The notes under the pieces are model-generated. The model saw nothing but the letters and a program-made list of their open reading frames with translations. It was not told the origin of the DNA and made no database searches. A DNA stretch of 64,000 nt from contig CBDCJO010000001.1 of NCBI GenBank assembly GCA_965217865.1, positions 1 to 64,000 of the forward strand, written 5' to 3'. A program made the position numbers and the translations under genes. Shown here one piece after another: positions 1-9,416 of the stretch (its first letter is position 1; every line of letters starts with the position of its first letter). Source of the stretch: Candidatus Latescibacterota bacterium (GTDB lineage Bacteria; Latescibacterota; UBA2968; SICM01).

Positions 1-56
1 ATCTCAATTTCTTCAAAGAAAAGGCCCCGAAGGATCGCCCTCCGAGACCTACAAAT

Positions 57-335
57 TTCATTGAATATTGAATATCGGGAAATTGAATATTTGAACACTC
101 AGGGCTTTCTTGTTGGATCTCGCTTCAACCTTCATCGCCAATCCCCAGATGCGGTTTTCCGTTTCACCTCTCACGATTTCATGTTTGAGGGTTTTTCGAT
201 CTTCATTCGTCAATCTTCAATCTCCAATATCTTCAATCCCATGACCCCCGACCGTTACTGCCTTTGCTTTTTCCTGCCACTGCCACTGCTACTGCTACTG
301 GCTCAGTTGAATCTTCAATCTTCATTCTTCAATTT
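57..335. repeat. Intergenic composite repeat, copy 1 (TTGAATATTGAATATCGG core, TTCAATC arm, GCCACT/GCTACT module)
   Basis: Core TCATTGAATATTGAATATCGGGAAATTGAATATT..AGGGCTTTCTTG..GGATCTC recurs at 16680, 22306 (core only), 32906, 38508 and 41996 (core only). Confidence 0.85.
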
Positions 336-1364
336 TCCCCCATCCAACACGATCAATGTCTTCAGCGACGCGCCGGCCTCTTTAGCCTTCTTAAAACCCA
401 TCCCGGTCTTCTCTATGGGGAACCGGTGTGTCACCAAATGTTTGGCGGATACGACCCCATGTTCGATCAATTCCATCGCTTCTCGTGTGTCATAGGGTCC
501 GCAGGAATAGCTCGTCCTGATCGTCACTTCGTTGAAGTAAAGGTCGTGCGGGTTGATCTCAAGTTGTTCTTGAGGCCCCGTCGGGGTGAAAAGGATCACC
601 GTGCCCCCCTTTCCCACACAGGACAATCCCGAACTCATCGCCTCAAGCGTTCCGGGGCCCACTATGACGAGGTCGGCCATCCGGCCGGCCGTCAGATCGG
701 AGACCCGTTGTTCAAGATCCTCTTTTGATACGTCCACCCCCTCGTCCCCTCCCAGGTCGAGAAGCTTTTTCAGACGATAGGGGACCAGATCCGCCCCGAT
801 CACGGTTTTTGCGCCATAATGCCGTGCCAGGACGGCATTGAGCTGACCCATAATCCCCAAGCCAATCACCAGAACCACATCGTCGGCCTGGAGCCCCCCC
901 CTTTTGAGAGCCTTGACGGAACACGCAAGGGGTTCGATCAATGTTCCGTCTTCAAACGACAGGCTGTCCGGGATCTTCAGGGTGTCGTGCTTCAGGTTAT
1001 GTGCGGGTATCTTGACAAACTCGGATATCCCGCCCGGGACGATATGAGAGGACCGCCAGACCTCACAGAGCGAAAAAAAACCCCGCCGACAGAGCCGACA
1101 GGAAAAACAAGGGGCGTGGTGATGAACGAAGATTCGATCTCCGACCTGAAAACCTGATACCCGCTCACCGACCGATTCGATCACCCCGGTCGGTTCATGG
1201 CCCAGAACCGCCGGGACCTTTCGAGCCACGTACCAGGGGATCATATCGCTGGTGCAGACGCCGCAGACCTTCATCCGGATAAGGGCCTCACCAGGTCCCA
1301 CCTCAGGCACAGGCATCTCCTCGATCCGGATGTCATCGAGGGAATAGACCTTTGCAACCTTCAT
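315..1364 (-). CDS. Zn-dependent alcohol/polyol dehydrogenase (MDR family)
   Basis: CGVCTSD, GHE motif, structural Zn CxxCxxC..C, Rossmann GLGIMG. Confidence 0.9.
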   Translation of the reverse strand: MKVAKVYSLDDIRIEEMPVPEVGPGEALIRMKVCGVCTSDMIPWYVARKVPAVLGHEPTGVIESVGERVSGFQVGDRIFVHHHAPCFSCRLCRRGFFSLCEVWRSSHIVPGGISEFVKIPAHNLKHDTLKIPDSLSFEDGTLIEPLACSVKALKRGGLQADDVVLVIGLGIMGQLNAVLARHYGAKTVIGADLVPYRLKKLLDLGGDEGVDVSKEDLEQRVSDLTAGRMADLVIVGPGTLEAMSSGLSCVGKGGTVILFTPTGPQEQLEINPHDLYFNEVTIRTSYSCGPYDTREAMELIEHGVVSAKHLVTHRFPIEKTGMGFKKAKEAGASLKTLIVLDGGKLKNED

Positions 1365-1373
1365 GATCCCCGA

Positions 1374-2408
1374 TCACTTCGAGCCGGGCACGATCTCCAG
1401 TTTGAGGCAATTCCCGTCAATGAGGTGGTCAATGACTTTTTTCATATCCTCAAGGGTGTAGGAGCCGGTGATGAGGTCCTTCACGCGCACCCGGCCGCTC
1501 GCAAGAAGCTCGTAAGCCCGTTTAACCGCGGATCTGGAAAAGTGAAAGACCCCTTTCAGGGTGATTTGGTCGTAATGGAGCCGTGCGGTGTCGAAGGAGG
1601 CCGTCGTCCCTTTGGGGAGCCCCCCGAACAGGATGATCGTCCCTCCCCTCGCAACCAGTTTGGTGGACTCCTCCCACACGCTGAGCTGCCCGGTGCACTC
1701 CACAACCAAGCTCGCACCGACCCCACCCGTCGCCTCCATCACCCGGTGATGAACATCTTCCTTTTCGGCATCGATGACCATATCCGCCCCGATCAGCCGG
1801 GCCATCGTGAGCCGGGGGCTGTGTCTTCCCGACACGATGATATTCCGGACCCCCAACCCCTTCGCGACCATGACGTGAAGCAGTCCGATGGGGCCGGCCC
1901 CCACGATCAGGACTGTGTCCTCCATCTTAAGACGCACCTGCCCCAGGCCGTAGACCACACAAGAAAGGGGCTCGAGCATAGCGGCTTCACTGTATGACAA
2001 CCCCGGGGGTTTCTTGAACATATTCTGTTTCACGATCTGTTCTGGTACCTTGATGTATTCGGCATAGGCACCCAATATCATCGTTTCCATAGCCGATTCA
2101 CAAAGGTTCTCAAGACCTCGGCTGCACTCCTCGCACTCCCCGCACGGGGCGGAATGGACGCACATGACCTGGTCCCCAACCCGGAACCCCTCCACCCCCT
2201 CGCCCACCTCCCAGACATCTCCGGAAAATTCGTGACCGAACGGAGTCGGAGTCGGCATCTTAGGGTGCCCCCGGCGGAATGCCTTCAGGTCGGTCCCGCA
2301 TGTGAGCGCCGACCGGATTCGCACAACCACCTCTCCCGGTCCGGCCTGTGGCATCTCCACATCCTGCACTTCGATCTTACCGGGTTCTAGCAGTATGGTT
2401 GCCCGCAT
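1374..2408 (-). CDS. Zn-dependent alcohol/polyol dehydrogenase (MDR family)
   Basis: TCGTD, GHEFSG, CGECEEC..C, GAGPIG; SD-like AGGAG upstream. Confidence 0.9.
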   Translation of the reverse strand: MRATILLEPGKIEVQDVEMPQAGPGEVVVRIRSALTCGTDLKAFRRGHPKMPTPTPFGHEFSGDVWEVGEGVEGFRVGDQVMCVHSAPCGECEECSRGLENLCESAMETMILGAYAEYIKVPEQIVKQNMFKKPPGLSYSEAAMLEPLSCVVYGLGQVRLKMEDTVLIVGAGPIGLLHVMVAKGLGVRNIIVSGRHSPRLTMARLIGADMVIDAEKEDVHHRVMEATGGVGASLVVECTGQLSVWEESTKLVARGGTIILFGGLPKGTTASFDTARLHYDQITLKGVFHFSRSAVKRAYELLASGRVRVKDLITGSYTLEDMKKVIDHLIDGNCLKLEIVPGSK

Positions 2409-2789
2409 GGTCCTTCTCCTCGGGAGGATGATCTTAAACCCTATAGAATTTAAAAATACGTAAAAAGAGAATAAGAATCAAGAACCTTCGATGCCTGAAG
2501 CCATCACGATTTTGGGGCTTCAAATTGGTTCTGTTGGATTTGGCTGAAGGTTCCGCTATCGGGGTTAGGGGAGATCGATGGGAGAAAGGGCTCTCCGCCC
2601 CCACATTTTGTGTTACCGGTGACTCGCCCCATAAGATATTCACCCTGGCTGGGCTTGTCAAGGAGCTTTCGAGTTGACGGGAATGATTCGATTGATTACT
2701 TTCCAAGAGGAAATCCGTCGAACGAAAAGGCCGGACCCGTGGGATTTTCTTCAAATCCCTCTGAATTGGAGATTTGGGAGGAATCATCT

Positions 2790-3587
2790 ATGGCAATAGA
2801 ATTAGAACTGGATGGAAAGGCCTCGGTTGTGACCGGGGGAAGCGAGGGAATCGGCAAGGCGATCGCATACAAACTGGCGGCAGAGGGAGTGAGTGTTGCA
2901 ATTTGTGCCCGGCGAGAGGAAGTTCTTCAACAGGCTGCGCAGGATATCCGTGCGCGGACGGGGAGCATGGTTCTTGCCGTTGAGGCCGATGTGACCCGGT
3001 CCGGGTCGGTTGAGGCCTTCATCCAGCAGGCCGTCGATGCCTTCGGACGTCTGGACATCCTCATCAATAACGTGGGTACCGCTTCGGCCCATCCTTTCGA
3101 AAACGCAACGGACGAGATCTGGCAAAACGACCTGGACCTGAAGGTATTTTCCGCCATTCGGACCTCTCGCGCAGCGATCGCGCATATGCGGCGTGCGGGA
3201 GGTGGCAGGATCATCAACATAACGACCCCGGCAGGTAAGGCCCCTGGCGGGGCATCCGTGCCCACTTCTGTCAGCAGAGCCGCCGGAATCGCCCTGACAA
3301 AAGCGATGTCCAAGGATTTCGCAAAGGACAATATCCTGGTCAACACAGTCTGCGTCGGATCGATCAAGAGCGGGCAATGGGAAGGAAGGTGGCGGTCTGA
3401 AGGCTCCAGGAGAAGCCTTGAAGAGTTTTACGGTGAGGGTGGGAAATCCATCCCGTTGGGAAGGATGGGGGAACCGGAGGAGGTGGCGGACCTTGTCGCC
3501 TTTCTGGTATCCGAGCGAGGCAGCTACATCACTGGTGCATCTATCAACATCGATGGGGGGGGCGGCTGCGACGGTTTAGGGGTGTAG
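2790..3587 (+). CDS. SDR family oxidoreductase
   Basis: TGGSEGIG, DILINNVG, NTVCVG, ITGASINIDGG; ATG at 2790 preceded by GGAGG. Confidence 0.9.
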   Translation: MAIELELDGKASVVTGGSEGIGKAIAYKLAAEGVSVAICARREEVLQQAAQDIRARTGSMVLAVEADVTRSGSVEAFIQQAVDAFGRLDILINNVGTASAHPFENATDEIWQNDLDLKVFSAIRTSRAAIAHMRRAGGGRIINITTPAGKAPGGASVPTSVSRAAGIALTKAMSKDFAKDNILVNTVCVGSIKSGQWEGRWRSEGSRRSLEEFYGEGGKSIPLGRMGEPEEVADLVAFLVSERGSYITGASINIDGGGGCDGLGV

Positions 3588-3622
3588 ATGTAACATGATG
3601 TTTTTTCGAATCATGCTTTTCT

Positions 3623-4198
3623 TCAACCTTGAGTGTTGGTCGTAATCAGCTCGGTTATCTTTACGCCAAAGGTCTCCCCCACCACCACCACTTCCCCCCG
3701 GGCAAACAGTTTGCCGTTGACCAGGACATCTACGGGTTCGCGGTCCATACGTTCCAGTTCAACCATGGTACCGTCTCCCCACGAAAGGATATCTTTGATG
3801 GGGACCCGGTTTCCTCCCAACTCGACCGTCATCTTGACGTTGACGTCCAATACCCGACTCAGGGTGGAGGGGACCCCTTCGGCCTGCGGAGGGGGAGCGA
3901 GTGCGGGAAAGCTCGCCGTCAAGCCACCCGCATCATCCCCTTGCATGGCCTTGAGCATCTCCACCTCAAGCATCTGATCGGAATCAGACTCGGGTGCGGC
4001 CCCCTGGCCCTCGTCCATAGCCGCCTGCATCATCTCCATCATGGCGGATTCGTCCCCTGCATCAGACGAGTCGTCACCGGGTGGTGGTGCCTCATCTTCG
4101 GAAGAACCGCCGGTAGCCTCTTGCTCCATCATCCGGAGCATCTCGGCCTCAATCTCAGATTCGTCCTTACCTTCTTCTCCGTCCGCTTCTTCTGGCAC
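3623..4198 (-). CDS. fliN: Flagellar motor switch protein FliN with acidic N-terminal extension
   Basis: C-terminal SpoA domain VLDVNVKMTVELG..EPVDVLVNGKLFARGEVVVVGETFGVKI. Confidence 0.85.
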   Translation of the reverse strand: MPEEADGEEGKDESEIEAEMLRMMEQEATGGSSEDEAPPPGDDSSDAGDESAMMEMMQAAMDEGQGAAPESDSDQMLEVEMLKAMQGDDAGGLTASFPALAPPPQAEGVPSTLSRVLDVNVKMTVELGGNRVPIKDILSWGDGTMVELERMDREPVDVLVNGKLFARGEVVVVGETFGVKITELITTNTQG

Positions 4199-4409
4199 GG
4201 TTGTTCACCTCCTATTCTACAAACGTAGTCCAACAGGGGAAATAAGTCAAGCCCCATTCACCCTTTGCCATCGTAACCCGATTGAGCTGTCCGCCATCGA
4301 ATTGAGGATATTTTTCCTTTCCCAGCCACCATCAATTCGGTATATTTGGCACTAAATTATTGTATAATCCATTAACCGAGAGCTATTCTCCAAAATTATT
4401 GAGAAATCC

Positions 4410-4685
4410 GTGGATTGGGTATACATTATCCTCAGTATTATACTATTCGGCTGGTCGATACAGATGCTTGTGGATTATTTTCGAAAAGCCCAGGAAATCC
4501 ACTCTAAAATGTTCGAGGCCACCTCCTCCCAGAAGCAGGTTTTATTGGATGAAGAGGAGGCTATGCAGAAACAGACATCTCTAAGCGAGGAACGCGAAGA
4601 GATTGAAACCTACGCATCCCAGGTGTCCCAAAAAGAGAAGGAACTTGAAGAAGAGTTGGCCGGATTAAAGCGTAAAAGAAGGTAA
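4410..4685 (+). CDS. Hypothetical membrane-anchored coiled-coil protein
   Basis: N-terminal hydrophobic helix followed by an E/K/Q-rich helical region. Confidence 0.6.
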   Translation: MDWVYIILSIILFGWSIQMLVDYFRKAQEIHSKMFEATSSQKQVLLDEEEAMQKQTSLSEEREEIETYASQVSQKEKELEEELAGLKRKRR

Positions 4686-4726
4686 AGGAAAACCACTCCC
4701 GGACGTGGATCAAAAGGAGGAGGATC

Positions 4727-5065
4727 TTGTACGGCCTCATTGCCGTTATTTTGGTATTTGTGACCATCGGGCTGAAATGGTTAACGATGTACCGCATCCG
4801 GGCGCTTTCAGCAAAATTGGTCGGCGCCACTACAAAGGCGGCACACGCTCGTGATCGTCTCCAAATTGCCTTGAAGGAGGTTGGAGAACTTGAGCGAAAG
4901 ATTCACGTGACCGGGCGGAACAACGAGGTGGGGGAGCGGCATTCTACTCAGATGGAAAAGGAAATTCGTGATCTCCGTATCCAAATCGAGGAAGAGGCGG
5001 AATTGAACCGTCAGAAGATGGAGATCACCGAGGAGTTGAGAAAGAAATCCGGACCCAGATATTAA
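4727..5065 (+). CDS. Hypothetical membrane-anchored coiled-coil protein
   Basis: Strong SD AGGAGG, N-terminal TM helix, charged helical remainder. Confidence 0.7.
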   Translation: MYGLIAVILVFVTIGLKWLTMYRIRALSAKLVGATTKAAHARDRLQIALKEVGELERKIHVTGRNNEVGERHSTQMEKEIRDLRIQIEEEAELNRQKMEITEELRKKSGPRY

Positions 5066-5099
5066 GAACCGGTCCAATGGTTTAAAAGGGTGATCATCT

Positions 5100-5657
5100 G
5101 TGGACGAAGAAAACCCGGCCGAGGAGCAGCCCGCGCCCTCAAGACCGTCGAGCTTGCTCCGTTATATTCCCATGATCCTTCTGGTCCTCCTCCTACAAGC
5201 CGCGGGTGCATATTACCTGGTGGTATTCTACCTGCCGGGGAAGGAGAAAGTCGAAGACACCATCGCACAGGAGGTCAGGGGAAAAGTTTCCGAGGAATTC
5301 CCGGATCCCCCTGACATCCTCCCCCAGCACGACGAACCCGAGGGGATCATCGTGCTGGATGAAATGCGAACCAACCCGGGAGGCACGCAAGGGGATGCGG
5401 TGGTCTTCTTCAAAGTGGCTGTGGGTTACGCTCCCACGGACGTGGAGGATGAAATCAATAAACCGGATATAATGGCCAAGATCAAGGATGACGTGCTTTC
5501 GGTCATGAGCAGCCATTCCCCCGAAATGATGGATCAGCCGGACGACAAAAGGGCCTTGCGTGAGGAGATCAAGGTTCGAATCAACGGATATTTAAAAAGT
5601 GGAAAAATCGTTGAAGTCTACTTCGAGAAGTTCTTCCTCCAGGTGTTGGAAAAATAA
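5100..5657 (+). CDS. fliL: Flagellar basal body-associated FliL family protein
   Basis: Single TM helix, TNPGGT, and C-terminal LREEIKVRINGYL..IVEVYFEKFFLQ typical of FliL. Confidence 0.8.
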   Translation: MDEENPAEEQPAPSRPSSLLRYIPMILLVLLLQAAGAYYLVVFYLPGKEKVEDTIAQEVRGKVSEEFPDPPDILPQHDEPEGIIVLDEMRTNPGGTQGDAVVFFKVAVGYAPTDVEDEINKPDIMAKIKDDVLSVMSSHSPEMMDQPDDKRALREEIKVRINGYLKSGKIVEVYFEKFFLQVLEK

Positions 5658-5678
5658 GACCTGCCGGGAGGTCCAAAG

Positions 5679-6665
5679 GTGTTGATCAAAATCCTTCGAG
5701 GATGGGAAATCCCGGAGCGGGTTGCCACACCCCAGGCCATTTACACGAGTCGTGTAAACCGCCGCCGTTTCTTGAAGGCATCCGGGATGGGAGCGATCTG
5801 CACGGCCTTAGGGTGCGAAGGCTCAGAGGCGGGCTCCAAATCCCTCCCCCCTTTGGAAAAGACCCGGGGACCGGGTGCCCGAATTCCGGACCTCTATCCA
5901 GCCAGGCGGAACGAACGATTCGTCATCGATCGTCCTATGACGATGGAGTCGGTAGCCGCTATGTACAACAATTTCTATGAGTTTACGCCGAATAAGGAGG
6001 CCGTCAAACGGCTGGTGAGTCGGTTCGAGATCAATCCCTGGAAGTTGGAGGTAACGGGTCTGGTCGCAAATCCCAAGACCTACGACCTGGACGACCTGGT
6101 GAAGGGATCGCCTATCGAAGAGCGCCTCTACCGGTTTCGTTGCGTGGAGGCATGGGCCATGGTGGTTCCCTGGACCGGGATTCCATTCAAATCCCTGATT
6201 GAGAAGGTCCAGCCCACCTCCAGGGCAACCCACGTCCGCCTGATCACATTCAACCGACCCGAGCAGGCTCCTGGGATGAAAACGCAGCCATGGTATCGAT
6301 GGCCTTATTACGAAGGCCTGACGATTCCCGAGGCAATGAACGAGCTGTCCATGCTCGTCATCGGAATCTATGGCCACGACCTTCCCAGGCAGCACGGAGC
6401 CCCGATCCGTCTGGTCACCCCATGGAAGTACGGCTTCAAGAGTATCAAGTCCGTCGTCCGGATCGAGTTCACGGATAAACAGCCCCGAACCTTTTGGAAC
6501 GATGCGGCCCCGACGGAATACGACTTCTTCGCAAACGTCAACCCGGGCGTGCCGCATCCCCGCTGGTCCCAGAAAACCGAGCGAATGATCGACTCCGGCG
6601 AACGCCGGCCGACACTTCTGTATAACGGATATGGCGACTTCGTCGCCCATCTCTACAAATCCTGA
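5679..6665 (+). CDS. msrP: Protein-methionine-sulfoxide reductase catalytic subunit MsrP
   Basis: Tat RRRFLK, YNNFYEF, YRFRCVEAW, GAPIRLVTPWKYGFKSIKS, ANVNP..HPRWSQ. Confidence 0.95.
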   Translation: MLIKILRGWEIPERVATPQAIYTSRVNRRRFLKASGMGAICTALGCEGSEAGSKSLPPLEKTRGPGARIPDLYPARRNERFVIDRPMTMESVAAMYNNFYEFTPNKEAVKRLVSRFEINPWKLEVTGLVANPKTYDLDDLVKGSPIEERLYRFRCVEAWAMVVPWTGIPFKSLIEKVQPTSRATHVRLITFNRPEQAPGMKTQPWYRWPYYEGLTIPEAMNELSMLVIGIYGHDLPRQHGAPIRLVTPWKYGFKSIKSVVRIEFTDKQPRTFWNDAAPTEYDFFANVNPGVPHPRWSQKTERMIDSGERRPTLLYNGYGDFVAHLYKS

Positions 6666-6829
6666 TCAAGTCGGCACACCGCGATTCTTCCATACGGCAC
6701 TCCGTAATTAGGCCCCACGAACCCCCTCCCCCAGATCCGCAAATCGATTCCAGAATCCGCCCACGATCGTTCACAGGTCACATATCCTTGTTGGGCCTGT
6801 TGAGACGGTTGGATTAAGAAAGGGGAAAA

Positions 6830-8515
6830 ATGCAGCTGTTTCCGATCTGGCATATTCGGCATCCTGGGCCCTACGATTCACTCAAAGACATCATTCTGGA
6901 GAATAGATCCCTGACCGTGGAGGACCTGTCGGATTTGCCCGACGCCCTCCAGGATCCTTTCTTGATGAGGGACATGGACAAGGCCGTCGACCGCATCTCT
7001 AAGGCGATAAGGAAAAGGGAGCGGATCGTAATATTCGGAGATTACGATGCCGATGGCGTGACCAGCACCGCACTCCTGTTGGAATTCCTGAATCACGTGG
7101 GAGTCGACGCCGATTGGATCCTACCCGATCGCTACAGGGACGGCTACGGGATGAAACCCGCCGGAGTGCACCGGGCAATTGAACGCGGGGCAAAGTTGAT
7201 TCTGGCAGCGGATAATGGAATTTCTTCCTTCGACGCGATTGAATTGGCCAATGCATCGGGGGTGGATGTGGTTGTCATCGACCACCATCATCCTCCTGCC
7301 CGGCTCCCGGCCGCCCTGGCCATCGTAAATCCGAACCAAGTGGATTGTTCGTATCCTTTCAAGGGACTGGCCGCTGTAGGGGTTGCATTCAAAGTAGTAC
7401 AGGCCCTTTCTCAGGATCTGATGCAAGGGGACTCGCGGCGAGGCTTCCTGAATTCACTCCTGGACCTTGTTGCACTTGGAAGCGTGGCGGATGTCGCGCC
7501 CGTGATGGGCGAAAACCGTCTGTTGATCCGTCGGGGAATGCAGGTTCTTGAACGTACGGACCGGACCGGCTTAAAGGCCTTGAAAGATGCGACCGGATCC
7601 TCAAACCGGCCGATCGATGCAACGGCGATCTCCTTTTTTTTTGGACCCAGAATCAACAGCGCAGGCCGCCTGGCCTCTGCGGAGCTGGCACTGGACCTTC
7701 TCCGGTGCAAAAACGGAGAAGAGGGAAGGCGCCTGGCCGAAGAGCTAAACGAATTGAACGCGCGCAGGCGGGAGTTGCAGAACACCGGCGTTGCGGAAGC
7801 CCAGCAACAGGTGAATGAAAAGGGGCTGGACCGACACCGAATCCTGGTGGTTCGAGGGGAAAACTGGCATCTGGGCGTCATCGGTCTGATTGCGGGAAGA
7901 TTGGTCGAGAACAACTGGCGGCCCGCGGTTGTTTGCACCGATGCGAGAAAAAACGGGGTCTATACTGGATCGGCGCGGACTGCGGGGGGGTACAACATCG
8001 TGGAGGCAATCTTCCGGTGTTCAGACCTCCTCACCGATTACGGGGGTCACGCGGACGCGGCTGGGTTTTCCTTTCCAAAGGAAAATTTTGAATCGTTTCA
8101 TAACCGTCTGATCCAGGACGCGGATCACCTCCTGACGGATGATGACCTCACGCCCAGGCTGGAACTTGATGTAGAATTGCCCGCCTCGATGATTTCCCTG
8201 GAAACCGTGGAGATGCTGTCATCCCTGGCCCCCTTTGGGGCCGGAAACGAACACCCTCTTTTTCTCCTGAGGAACTGCAAGGTGGAATCCTGTTACGGAG
8301 TCGGGGAAGGTGCGCATCTCAAACTCGTTCTCAATGCCGATGGCAAGAAATTAAATGCGATCTGGTGGCGGCAGGGGGAGATGATCTACCTGCTTTCTCC
8401 GGGGGAACGTGTGGACGTGGGATTTAAGATGGAAGTGAACCCCTACCATGGAGGGAAATCGGTCCAGCTCGTGCTTGAGGACATGCGACCTGCGAACGGG
8501 AAATCAAGTGCCTGA
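6830..8515 (+). CDS. recJ: ssDNA-specific exonuclease RecJ
   Basis: GDYDADG, DNG, DHH, GPRINSAGR, GSAR, GGHADAAG, PFGAGN. Confidence 0.95.
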   Translation: MQLFPIWHIRHPGPYDSLKDIILENRSLTVEDLSDLPDALQDPFLMRDMDKAVDRISKAIRKRERIVIFGDYDADGVTSTALLLEFLNHVGVDADWILPDRYRDGYGMKPAGVHRAIERGAKLILAADNGISSFDAIELANASGVDVVVIDHHHPPARLPAALAIVNPNQVDCSYPFKGLAAVGVAFKVVQALSQDLMQGDSRRGFLNSLLDLVALGSVADVAPVMGENRLLIRRGMQVLERTDRTGLKALKDATGSSNRPIDATAISFFFGPRINSAGRLASAELALDLLRCKNGEEGRRLAEELNELNARRRELQNTGVAEAQQQVNEKGLDRHRILVVRGENWHLGVIGLIAGRLVENNWRPAVVCTDARKNGVYTGSARTAGGYNIVEAIFRCSDLLTDYGGHADAAGFSFPKENFESFHNRLIQDADHLLTDDDLTPRLELDVELPASMISLETVEMLSSLAPFGAGNEHPLFLLRNCKVESCYGVGEGAHLKLVLNADGKKLNAIWWRQGEMIYLLSPGERVDVGFKMEVNPYHGGKSVQLVLEDMRPANGKSSA

Positions 8516-8535
8516 AAACAGCTCCGGAGAATGTC

Positions 8536-9389
8536 GTGAAAGCAACCGTCGTGGACCCCGATCGCGGGGATCACCCATTGAACTGGGAGGAGGTCCCTGA
8601 CCCCGTCTGCGGTCCGGGGGAGGTGCTGGTCGATATCCACGCCGCAGGAGTGAATCGGGCGGACCTGTTGCAGAGGGAGGGACAATACCCCCCACCGCCA
8701 GGGGCCCCCCCTTACCTGGGTTTGGAGATCGCGGGCACGGTTGCGGAAATCGGTGACGGAACCGGAAAATTTCGGCCCGGGGACCGCGTCTGCGCCCTCC
8801 TGGCCGGCGGTGGTTATGCAGAGAGGGTGGCGAAACCCTCCTCGTGCACGGAGGGGCCAGCGGGGTAGGCACGGCCGCGATCCAGCTTGCCCGGGAGACC
8901 GGCTGCCGCATCCTGACCACCGCCGGGGAGGTGCGCAAACTCGAACGCTGCAAGGAGCTGGGGGCGGAATTCGGAGTGAATCATAAGGAGCTGGATTTCG
9001 CGGAGGCCATACTGGCGTATGCCGACGGGGTGGATGTGATCCTGGATATCGCCGGGGGAGGCTACTTGGAACGGAACCTGCGCCTCTTGAAGAAGAAAGG
9101 CCGCCTGGTGATCATCTCCCTTTTGGCAGGTGCGGAGACCGGGATCGATCTCAGGCCGGTCCTGACCAAACGACTTCGCATCATGGGATCCGTCCTGCGG
9201 ACCCGGAGCCTGGACGAGAAGTCAGCCATCCTGGAAGGATTCAGAAACCGTTTCTGGGCTCTTTTGGTAGGCGGCCAAATAGCTCCGGTCATCGATACAT
9301 TGCTCCCAATCTCCGAGGCGGAAACCGCGCATCAGATCCTTGCCAGAAATCGGAATATCGGAAAGGTCGTGTTCACCGTTCGGCCTTGA
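8536..9389 (+). pseudogene. NAD(P)H-quinone oxidoreductase (zeta-crystallin/PIG3-like), internal deletion and frameshift
   Basis: N half (GVNRAD..GLEIAG..GGYAERVA) joins out of frame to GETLLVHGGASGVG; the intervening segment is missing. Confidence 0.85.
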
Positions 9390-9416
9390 GTCACATCTGA
9401 TCTCATAAAGGCGATC

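Noticed and set aside
61-495. ORF MNIEYREIEYL.. and similar peptides near 16684 and 22306
   Set aside because: These are read-outs of the dispersed non-coding repeat, antisense to or overlapping real genes.
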